32,000 nucleotides of DNA from Candidatus Kuenenia stuttgartensis (GTDB lineage Bacteria > Planctomycetota > Brocadiia > Brocadiales > Brocadiaceae): the NCBI RefSeq assembly GCF_900232105.1, contig NZ_LT934425.1, forward strand, positions 3,240,001-3,272,000, given 5' to 3'. This document shows positions 1-7,289 of this stretch, piece by piece. Within the stretch, counting starts at the first letter, position 1, and the number at the start of each line of letters is the position of its first letter. A program made the position numbers and the translations under genes. The notes under the pieces were generated by a model that was given only the letters and a program-made list of their open reading frames with translations, made no database searches and was not told the origin of the DNA.

Positions 1-861
1 GAAACCCTGGAATATTTTCGCGATGGTGTTGTACATTGTAACAATGACGCAGAACTTAATGCGTTTATAGCGGAACATTTCAGAGTCTTTCAGGCGGTTG
101 GCAAGAAATTTTACGGGGAAGTGCACTATACTGGCTATGGGACGCCGATTTATCAAGGGAGCCTTACCGCGGATAGTGAATTTAAATACCCTCTTTACAA
201 AAAACCTGCTGATTTCAGAAAACCCTACTTTAAAAGAAAAGAGATTCAGGAAAATAATCTCTTGAAAGGAAATGAGATTGTCTATCTTAAATCGAAATTG
301 GACGCCTACCTTATCCATGTTCAGGGATCAGCGCAAATTGATCTTATATCGGGCAATAAGCTTTATATAGGATATGCTGCGGATTCCGGACATGAATACA
401 CCAGTATCGGCCAGCAGTTGATTTTGGATGGAAAAATACCTGAAGAAGAACTAACGCTATCTGAACTCATAAGCTACTTCGACCGGCATCCCGACGAGCT
501 GGATTTTTATATTAATAAAAATGACCGTTTTATTTTCTTTGAAGTGGTAAATCATGCAGTGCCTCATGGGTGTATTGGCGTGCCTGTTACCCCGATGAGG
601 AGTATTGCTACGGATAAGAAACTGTTTCCTGCCGGCGGTTTGGCATTTGTAGTCTTAGAATCGAGGACGGCAAAAAAAACAGGCTGGTTTACTAAAAAAA
701 ATGTGGTGGAAAAGCTTTTTTTTGTGTCGGACCAAGACACGGGAAGCGCCATACAGACTGCTGCCCGGGCGGATATTTATTTTGGAATCGGGGAGCGGGC
801 AATGTCGGATGCGGGTAGTTTGAATACCTATGGAAGGCTTTATTATTTATTAAAACGTTGA
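1..861 (+). CDS. mltA: Membrane-bound lytic murein transglycosylase A (MltA family), 5'-truncated by the window edge
   Basis: Frame 1 is open from base 1 with no stop before the first listed Met at 121, so the gene enters from the left edge. The translation shows MltA-like blocks (HVQGSAQIDL, IGVPVTPMRSIATD) and a C-terminal 3D-domain-like DTGSAI...RADIYFG motif. Confidence 0.8.
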   Translation, partial: ETLEYFRDGVVHCNNDAELNAFIAEHFRVFQAVGKKFYGEVHYTGYGTPIYQGSLTADSEFKYPLYKKPADFRKPYFKRKEIQENNLLKGNEIVYLKSKLDAYLIHVQGSAQIDLISGNKLYIGYAADSGHEYTSIGQQLILDGKIPEEELTLSELISYFDRHPDELDFYINKNDRFIFFEVVNHAVPHGCIGVPVTPMRSIATDKKLFPAGGLAFVVLESRTAKKTGWFTKKNVVEKLFFVSDQDTGSAIQTAARADIYFGIGERAMSDAGSLNTYGRLYYLLKR

Positions 862-982
862 GTTCTTTTTAATCCTTGCTAGTTATTTTTTGCAAAAAAT
901 CGGGAATACTCTCATTTATCATGGCAAAATGTTTGCTCTGCAATAAGCTTTTAGGGACTTGAAATACTCTATTGTACCGTAG

Positions 983-1045
983 CAATCGGCAATCGGCAGT
1001 CGATAGTCGGCAATCTACAGTCGGCAAATTGCCGATTGCCAATTG
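983..1045. repeat. Degenerate heptamer tandem array (AATCGGC-like, about 6 units) followed by two inverted units; the outer arms form a 15/16-bp inverted repeat
   Basis: Read in 7-mers from 984: AATCGGC AATCGGC AGTCGAT AGTCGGC AATCTAC AGTCGGC, then AAATTGC CGATTGC CAATTG. The arm 983-998 (CAATCGGCAATCGGCA) is the reverse complement of 1030-1045 (TGCCGATTGCCAATTG) except for one base. Confidence 0.7.
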
Positions 1046-1122
1046 AGGAATCTGGTAGAAATGACAGTTACAGGTATATTAAATTCTTCTATGTCCCTTC
1101 TTAGTGCTACAAATGAATGTCC

Positions 1123-1151
1123 TTGACAACCTTTAACCAGTGTGTTAACAT
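1123..1151 (+). promoter_or_regulatory. Possible sigma70-type promoter for the gcvH-like operon
   Basis: TTGACA at 1123-1128, a 17-nt spacer, then TAACAT at 1146-1151 (4/6 match to TATAAT). It lies about 48 nt upstream of the ATG at 1199. Confidence 0.3.
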
Positions 1152-1198
1152 TTTGCCTGTGCCTTGGCGAGTTATAATTTATTGTGAGGTATGGTTTT

Positions 1199-1639
1199 AT
1201 GGAAATTCCTGAACGGTATAAATATTCTGTGGATCATGGATGGTTTTTTGATAACAAAAAATCGATTACCTTTGGTCTCACAGATTTTTTTATTAAAGAT
1301 TTGGGCAAGCTTTTGTTTTTAGACCTTCCGCGATCAGGAGATGAAATTCTCTCCGGGATATCTTTTGGGGAAATAGAATCCCTGGATAATCTGATAGATA
1401 TTATACTCCCTATAAATGCTGAAGTAGTTGCTGTTAACGAGCGTTTATACGAAGATTTGGAAATATTGAGCAATGATCCTTACGTCCGTGGCTGGTTGAT
1501 AAAGTTTAGGATAGAAGATGTTAATATTTTTGATGAGTTGTTAAATGCACGGGAATATGCCGAATGTATTCGTAAGTATAAGGGATTTTCCAAACAAAGA
1601 CTCCAAAGAAAAATTAAGGAAAAGAAGAGTAAAAAATAA
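1199..1639 (+). CDS. Glycine-cleavage H-protein-fold protein lacking the lipoyl-lysine (GcvH-like)
   Basis: The protein is colinear with GcvH (YKYSxxHxW start, PYxxGWLIKF end). The lipoylation motif ESVK reads ESLD (Asp codon GAT at 1385-1387). ATG 1199 is preferred over GTG 1184 because GAGG (1186-1189) sits about 9 nt upstream of it. The C-terminus is Lys/Arg-rich. Confidence 0.8.
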   Translation: MEIPERYKYSVDHGWFFDNKKSITFGLTDFFIKDLGKLLFLDLPRSGDEILSGISFGEIESLDNLIDIILPINAEVVAVNERLYEDLEILSNDPYVRGWLIKFRIEDVNIFDELLNAREYAECIRKYKGFSKQRLQRKIKEKKSKK

Positions 1640-1647
1640 CCTTCCCA

Positions 1648-2694
1648 ATGATTTCAACATCGAAACGCCGTCTTGTTATTCTAACAGAGGGAAAACTTGA
1701 TATCCATAGTGCAAAGACTGCCGTCAGCATTGTTCGTTATTGCAAAGACGAAGTCGTTGCCATAATAGATCTCTATAATGCCGGAAAAGATCTTGAGGCA
1801 ATCATTGGGATAGGAAAAGACATCCCGATTTTTAGTACGGTTAAGGAAACATTGCACCTCAAACCTGATTCACTCCTTATTGGAATTGCTCCTTTGGGTG
1901 GAGTATTGCCCATTGAATGGCAGATACACATCAGAGATGCCCTGCAGAATAAACTCAATGTTATCAGCGGGCTTCATACCTATATCAGTGATGACCTTGA
2001 GTTTGGCAAACTTGCACAAAAGAATCAGTTGAACATTTATGACGTTCGAAAACCACCTGAAAAATTATCCATTGGCACAGGAAAGGCAAAAGAGGTAAAG
2101 ACATTTCGTGTGCTTACTGTCGGTACGGATTGCAATGTTGGCAAGATGGTTACCTCTATAGAGATTGCAAATGCCGCAAAAAAACGAGGTATTGACGCCT
2201 GTTTTGTCGCAACCGGACAAACAGGTATTCTTATTGAAGGTAGCGGAATCGCCATAGACCATGTCCTGTCTGATTTTATCTCCGGCGCAACAGAAAAACT
2301 CATTCTTGACCGCGCTCAATACAATCTCTTGTGCATTGAAGGACAAGGCGCGGTAATACATCCTGCATATTCCGGTGTAAATGTAGGTTTGCTGCATGGT
2401 GCGCTTCCGCAGGGTATTATTATGTGTCATCAACCAACCCGCAAAACACTGCGTCATTTTGAAAACTTTCCTATTTTGCCTATTCAGCATATCATTGAAC
2501 TTAACGAAAAACTGGTGCAACCGTTTCAATCCTGCAAGGTACTCGGTATATCGCTTAATTGCTATGGCATGTCTGATGAAGAAGCATTGCGGGAAATAGA
2601 AAAAACAGAACGGGAAATAAAACTGCCGGCTACCGACCCCATTAGATTTGGCGTTGACAAATTTTTAGAGGTCATTCAGCCCCTATTACCATGA
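1648..2694 (+). CDS. DUF1611-family protein (DgcN-like putative N-acetyltransferase / P-loop-like)
   Basis: 348 aa with the family-typical GTDCNVGKMVT motif and overall DUF1611 architecture. It starts 8 nt after the gcvH-like stop, and its stop overlaps the next start (ATGA at 2691-2694). Confidence 0.8.
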   Translation: MISTSKRRLVILTEGKLDIHSAKTAVSIVRYCKDEVVAIIDLYNAGKDLEAIIGIGKDIPIFSTVKETLHLKPDSLLIGIAPLGGVLPIEWQIHIRDALQNKLNVISGLHTYISDDLEFGKLAQKNQLNIYDVRKPPEKLSIGTGKAKEVKTFRVLTVGTDCNVGKMVTSIEIANAAKKRGIDACFVATGQTGILIEGSGIAIDHVLSDFISGATEKLILDRAQYNLLCIEGQGAVIHPAYSGVNVGLLHGALPQGIIMCHQPTRKTLRHFENFPILPIQHIIELNEKLVQPFQSCKVLGISLNCYGMSDEEALREIEKTEREIKLPATDPIRFGVDKFLEVIQPLLP

Positions 2695-3713
2695 ACATTT
2701 CTTTTCAGCCGTTAGACCTGGAACTAAAACATACATTCAGGATTTCAAGGGGAGCAAAAGACACCCAGAGCAACGTCATAGTTTCTTTAACAGAAGAAAG
2801 CGGTGTCTCGGGCATTGGGGAAGCGGCTCCGTCTCTTTTTTTTAAAGAGAATTCAACAAGTGTTGTGGAAGCGTTTCGCCAATTCGCCGGCTTATTGAAA
2901 AACAGCGACATTTTTCATATTGAAGATATTACCAATCAGTTAAAAAAACATTTTACAGCGAATGCAGCGGCACGCGCTGCAATTGACATAGCCCTCCATG
3001 ATCTTGTATGTAAAATACTTAAAATACCTCTCTCCGCATTATTAGGGTTAAACCCTCATCACACAATGGCTACATCCTTTACAATAGGCATGGACACGAT
3101 GGAAAAGATGTGTGAAAAGATTGAAGAGGTGAAGGACCTTCCCGTCTTGAAAATAAAAGTTGGCTGTGATAATGATATAGAAATCCTTGAAGAGCTGCGA
3201 AAAATAACCCGGGCGATTTTTCGTGTGGACGCTAATACCGGATGGAACAAAGAAGGGGCAATCAAAAGGTTGCATCGTATGGAAGAGCTTGGCGTTGAAT
3301 TGGTGGAACAGCCTTTTCCTGTTGGCGATTTTGAGGCATTGGCATATATTAAAAATAAAGTAAAAATTCCCATTTTTGCCGACGAAGAAGTGGTAGATTC
3401 AAAAGACATACCGCGATTGGCGGGTATGGTGGACGGAATTAATATAAAGCTGATGAAATGCGGTGGCATTCGGGAAGCGCTGCGTATGATTCATACCGCA
3501 AGGGCTCATAGGCTCAAAGTTATGATAGGCTGCAATATAGAGAGTTCTGTGTCTATTACTGCGGCAGCCCATTTAATGTCGTTGGCAGACTATGTTGATC
3601 TCGATGGAAACCTGCTTGTTTCAAATGATCCGTATGAAGGAGTACATTTTGAGAAAGGACGGTTATCTTTGCCGGAAAGGGATGGTCTGGGTGTTCGATT
3701 GAAGGCTGGATAA
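2691..3713 (+). CDS. Enolase-superfamily dipeptide / N-acyl-amino-acid epimerase (L-Ala-D/L-Glu epimerase-like)
   Basis: It has a KxK motif (VLKIKVG), metal ligands in FRVDAN / ELVEQP / FADEE, and a second catalytic Lys in NIKLMKCGG. These are typical of the MLE-subgroup dipeptide epimerases. Confidence 0.85.
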   Translation: MNISFQPLDLELKHTFRISRGAKDTQSNVIVSLTEESGVSGIGEAAPSLFFKENSTSVVEAFRQFAGLLKNSDIFHIEDITNQLKKHFTANAAARAAIDIALHDLVCKILKIPLSALLGLNPHHTMATSFTIGMDTMEKMCEKIEEVKDLPVLKIKVGCDNDIEILEELRKITRAIFRVDANTGWNKEGAIKRLHRMEELGVELVEQPFPVGDFEALAYIKNKVKIPIFADEEVVDSKDIPRLAGMVDGINIKLMKCGGIREALRMIHTARAHRLKVMIGCNIESSVSITAAAHLMSLADYVDLDGNLLVSNDPYEGVHFEKGRLSLPERDGLGVRLKAG

Positions 3714-3895
3714 CTATTTTTAAAGAAAGTCTTGTGTTTAGGCGCTAAACACCTAAACTGGCATAGCCAGAACCAAACAAGCAATATATAAAAAACACGA
3801 AATCCGAAACAAATCCGAATAACAAAGTATAAAATTCAAAACAAATCCAAAATATCCCCGTGCCTTTTTTCTTTTACATTGAGCATTGAATGGGA

Positions 3896-4834
3896 TTATT
3901 CAATTGATTTAGCACAACGAAACCCTATGATATCGCTTTTAAATGAAGGCTCATCATAATCCCTGTTTGCGCAACGAATATGCACAATACCAGACCCATT
4001 CCAGGAACCGCCGCGAATGACCTTGCAGGTGGCGAGTGTTTTACTGAGGGAGGGTTTCAATTCATAAATAGAAACGCCTACCTCTTCCGGTCTTCCGGAA
4101 TAAGGCTTTTCTTCAGGGACATCAGGCCCTTGAGGGTTTTTATCCGGGGCATTATGGTAGTATTGACTATCATACCAATCCTTAATCCATTCCCAAACGT
4201 TTCCAGCCATATCAAAACATCCGTAAACGCTTTGTCCTTGTGGATATTGCGTCACCGGGGTTGATTTTTCAATTTTTGCTTCGGCGCAATTCAGACGTGT
4301 TTTGTCAAAATCATTTCCCCACGGATATATTCTTCCGTCAGCGCCCCGGGCCGCTTTTTCCCACTCCGCTTCAGTAGGCAGCCTTTTCCCAGCCCAATTG
4401 GCAAATGCTTCCGCCTCATACCACGAAATATTTACTGCCGGACAATCTTTATCACCTTGTAATATGGCGTCTATGTCATTACTACCCGACGGATTGAAAT
4501 CAAGAACATACTGCCATCCCGCTTCTGACCAATACAACTTTTTTTTATACCCGTTCGCCTCAATAAATTGAGAAAATTGTGCATTGGTGACAGGGTATTT
4601 ATCAATATAATAAGCACTCAAAAAAATCTCTCTCTGCGGAATTTCATTATTTAACCGATACGTTTCGATACTTTTATCCTGTTCCAATAATTTCTCTATG
4701 TCTTCCTTTGTACTCCCCATCAAAAACGTACCTTCAGGAATCAGGATCATATCTTCGAATAAAACATTTCCAGTTTCGTAAACCTTTATCATACTTTCGC
4801 AATCACCCCTTTCTGCAACAAAAAATTCAGCCAA
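3896..4834 (-). CDS. Formylglycine-generating-enzyme (SUMF1/EgtB/PvdO) family protein
   Basis: FGE-sulfatase domain motifs are present: YPVTNAQF, NISWYEAEAFANWAGKRLPTEAEWEKAARG, GNVWEW, RGGSW and GFRCA. The start is TTG at 4834, preceded by GAAGG. No signal peptide is evident. Confidence 0.8.
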   Translation of the reverse strand: MAEFFVAERGDCESMIKVYETGNVLFEDMILIPEGTFLMGSTKEDIEKLLEQDKSIETYRLNNEIPQREIFLSAYYIDKYPVTNAQFSQFIEANGYKKKLYWSEAGWQYVLDFNPSGSNDIDAILQGDKDCPAVNISWYEAEAFANWAGKRLPTEAEWEKAARGADGRIYPWGNDFDKTRLNCAEAKIEKSTPVTQYPQGQSVYGCFDMAGNVWEWIKDWYDSQYYHNAPDKNPQGPDVPEEKPYSGRPEEVGVSIYELKPSLSKTLATCKVIRGGSWNGSGIVHIRCANRDYDEPSFKSDIIGFRCAKSIE

Positions 4835-4946
4835 TAAAACCTTCTTTCCGGAGATTGTTTCCCCCTAAAAAAGGAAAAGATAAACGATAATTCCAAAAAC
4901 CGATATTATACCGAGAAAAACAAGGGATATATGGAATTCATCATCC

Positions 4947-5237
4947 TTACGCTGGCATCTCCTGGAGTTTATAACCAGCCCTGTAATGCTTACACAAAGC
5001 CAAACGATCATTATTATGAAAAAGATACGATGACAATTTCCGGTTCCATGTGCTGATTAACTGCATACTAAATTTCCTATCAAAGAACGATTCTACTTCT
5101 GGTATTGCTGCCCCAAAAATCAGTAATGCAGTAATCATAAGTATCCAACTCGTCACAACAAACCACCGAAGAGACCTAATCCAAAAATCCGGTTTTCTGC
5201 GTCTATTTTGGTGCTTGATTGCTTCGTCTTCTTCCAT
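4947..5237 (-). CDS. Hypothetical small membrane protein (one predicted TM helix)
   Basis: This is the only ORF in a 550-nt gap. A basic stretch (RRRKPDFWIRSLR) precedes a roughly 21-aa hydrophobic helix (WFVVTSWILMITALLIFGAAI), following the positive-inside pattern. It has no clear SD and no recognisable family. Confidence 0.35.
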   Translation of the reverse strand: MEEDEAIKHQNRRRKPDFWIRSLRWFVVTSWILMITALLIFGAAIPEVESFFDRKFSMQLISTWNRKLSSYLFHNNDRLALCKHYRAGYKLQEMPA

Positions 5238-5386
5238 GGTTATAACAGTTTAGTATTTTGAAAAAACTTCAACTTTTATGAACACACCCCACATAAGCCT
5301 ATGGAAGGTCTCTACATCAAAAGGGCATTGAGCGTTGAATATTGAACATTAATTTTCAAATACGAAAGATGTACTTGTTTAGCATT

Positions 5387-6529
5387 TCAAATCATTTTTT
5401 CATTAGAATTTGTTTCGGACTTCACCATTAAATATTCTACGACCTTGTCTCCCATCTGGGAGGTTAAAAGGATTTTTCCCTCTTGCGTAGTTTTATTTGC
5501 GAGATCTGCTGTCCGATAACCATTTTCCAGCGCCTTCATTATTGCCTCTTCAATAGCCTTTGATTCCCTGTTAAGGCCGAATGCATATTTTAACAGCATT
5601 GCCCCCGAGAGTATTTGCGCTAACGGATTGGCCTTATTCAGTCCGGCAATGTCAGGGGCGGAGCCATGAATGGGTTCGAAAAGCCCGAAGCCTGTTTTCG
5701 CAAGACTTGCGCTTGGAAGCATGCCAATGGAACCGGTAATGGCGGAAGCGAGATCTGACAATATGTCCCCAAACATATTCTCGGTAACTATCACGTCGAA
5801 TTGTTTTGGATTCGTTGCCAGTTGCATGGCAGCATTGTCCACATACATGTGATTAAGTTGTATCTGGGGAAAGTGGGACTGAACGTAGTCAGTGACTACC
5901 TTTCGCCATAATTTTGAACTTTCAAGGACGTTTGCTTTATCAACGGAGGTGAGTTTTTTGTTGCGTTTCATGGCGGCGTCACAGGCGACAGCCGCAATCC
6001 TTTCGATTTCCGGTACGGAATAAATCATGTAATCTACCGCGTAATTCCCCTGCAGGGCACCTTCGTGGAGGGTGAGGGTTTTTACCTTGTTTCTCCCAAA
6101 ATATATTCCTCCCGTAAGTTCCCTAACAATCAGTATGTCAAGACCTCCTTCGAGACGTTCTGATTTTAATGATGCCGCATCAGCCAACGGACCGAAAATT
6201 ATTGCGGGACGCAAGTTTGCAAATAGATTATATGTGCCCCTTAAGGGAAGCAGCGCCCCGCGTTCCGGGGTAAGTTCCGGAGGTAAATTTTCCCATTTGG
6301 GGCCTCCAACTGCGCCAAAATAGATAGCATCTGAATTGTTGCAAACTTCTTTGGTTTCATCGGGCAGGGGGTGTCCGTATTTATCGTAAGCACAACCGCC
6401 TACCAGCGCTTCTTTGTAATCAAAGATATGGTTGAATTGTTTTGCTATTGCATCCAATACTTTCAAACCCTCTTTCATTATTTCAGGGCCTATTCCGTCT
6501 CCTGCAAGCACCGCAATGCGTTTTTTCAT
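5387..6529 (-). CDS. leuB: 3-isopropylmalate dehydrogenase
   Basis: The N-terminus [13 protein letters not shown] and the internal NLRP, FGDILSD and GSAPDIAG blocks are typical of LeuB. Length is 380 aa. Confidence 0.95.
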   Translation of the reverse strand: MKKRIAVLAGDGIGPEIMKEGLKVLDAIAKQFNHIFDYKEALVGGCAYDKYGHPLPDETKEVCNNSDAIYFGAVGGPKWENLPPELTPERGALLPLRGTYNLFANLRPAIIFGPLADAASLKSERLEGGLDILIVRELTGGIYFGRNKVKTLTLHEGALQGNYAVDYMIYSVPEIERIAAVACDAAMKRNKKLTSVDKANVLESSKLWRKVVTDYVQSHFPQIQLNHMYVDNAAMQLATNPKQFDVIVTENMFGDILSDLASAITGSIGMLPSASLAKTGFGLFEPIHGSAPDIAGLNKANPLAQILSGAMLLKYAFGLNRESKAIEEAIMKALENGYRTADLANKTTQEGKILLTSQMGDKVVEYLMVKSETNSNEKMI

Positions 6530-6659
6530 TTATAAATCTCCATCTTTCATGTCATCAGCAATTAATAATTAAAAATAGAGTTTTATCTTATTTGATTAAA
6601 TAAGATTTTTTAGATAAATCGTAAACAGTGGTATTGTTCAAAAAAAACAGTGAATATGA

Positions 6660-7283
6660 TTATCGGTCGTCTTTGATTATTTCAACGGTAAAGGTATACA
6701 TTTCGATGTCTCTGTGTTTCCAGGCTTCTTTGGGCAAACCCGCTTTGCCGGAGCAACAGTGGGAAAGGAATTCTTCTTTGCTCCATCCGGTTTCAGTTGC
6801 CACCTGGGGAAGAAAACATCCTGATTGAAAGCCTTTTTTGACGTACATGCCATGTTTTCCTAATTCAAAATCAAAGGGGTCTGTGATACGTTTTAGCGGA
6901 GATAGGATGGAGAGTTCAATGTTAATTTGGTCAAGTTCAGACGAGGTAACCGGATTGTCGAAAAAACGTGAATCTTCAGTCGCTGAGGAAATTGCCACCT
7001 CAGAAACAAGCTTGTAGAGTGGAATATCAGATACAAACCGGCCAATGCAGCCACGAAGCTTTCCCCGGTTTTTTATAGTGACAAAAACACCCTGTTTTGC
7101 CTGAATATCAGGATGATCATAGGAAAAGTCCGGGGCAGGTTCTTTTTTTACCGCGGACGCGACGCTCTTTCTGGCAATTTCCAAGAGTATTTTTTTTGCA
7201 GTTTCTTCCAATAATATACTCCGATAGAGAAAAATCTGTTTAATAAGAAGCTTCAATACGTTTTGGGCAAAAACTGCAGGCAA
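6660..7283 (-). CDS. AMMECR1-domain protein (AmmeMemoRadiSam system protein A-like)
   Basis: It has the GVFVTIK...LRGCIG core motif and a C-terminal CFLPQVA...GW block. The apparent start is TTG, 6 nt after the stop of the upstream gene. Confidence 0.8.
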   Translation of the reverse strand: MPAVFAQNVLKLLIKQIFLYRSILLEETAKKILLEIARKSVASAVKKEPAPDFSYDHPDIQAKQGVFVTIKNRGKLRGCIGRFVSDIPLYKLVSEVAISSATEDSRFFDNPVTSSELDQINIELSILSPLKRITDPFDFELGKHGMYVKKGFQSGCFLPQVATETGWSKEEFLSHCCSGKAGLPKEAWKHRDIEMYTFTVEIIKDDR

Positions 7284-7289
7284 ACTATT

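Noticed and set aside
885-900. A/T palindromes right after stop codons: ATTTTTTGCAAAAAAT after mltA, and the similar AGTTTTTTGAAAAACT at about 23137-23152 after lpxA.
   Set aside because: These are pure A/T homopolymer arms with negligible stem stability. They are likely compositional in an AT-rich genome, and evidence for function is insufficient.
1184-1198. GTG 1184 as the start of the gcvH-like gene. Similar track-reported upstream starts are TTG 8921 (Memo fusion), GTG 11868 (glmU), TTG 14510 (pth) and TTG 28064 (panD).
   Set aside because: In each case a downstream ATG has a better-placed SD and gives an N-terminus matching the family's usual length. For 8921, the upstream start would also overlap the preceding gene.
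3734-3752. A perfect 8-bp hairpin (GTGTTTAG-GCG-CTAAACAC) between the convergent epimerase and FGE-like genes, considered as a possible terminator.
   Set aside because: There is no U-tract on either strand after the stem, so an intrinsic terminator cannot be supported.
3877-3904. CATTGAG/CATTGAA heptamer repeats just downstream of the FGE-like gene stop, plus a similar four-unit array at 5326-5353 downstream of leuB. The two loci share a 14-mer at 13/14 identity.
   Set aside because: By a rough estimate, a 14-mer recurring once with one mismatch in 32 kb of AT-rich sequence (both strands) is expected many times by chance. The arrays are short and degenerate. They are noted but not claimed as a repeat family.
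6585-6611. A 9-bp hairpin (ATCTTATTT-GATT-AAATAAGAT) followed by T5, between the AMMECR1 gene and leuB.
   Set aside because: The stem is almost entirely A/T. The T-run is on the plus strand, while both flanking genes are on the minus strand, so it does not function as their terminator in the usual sense.
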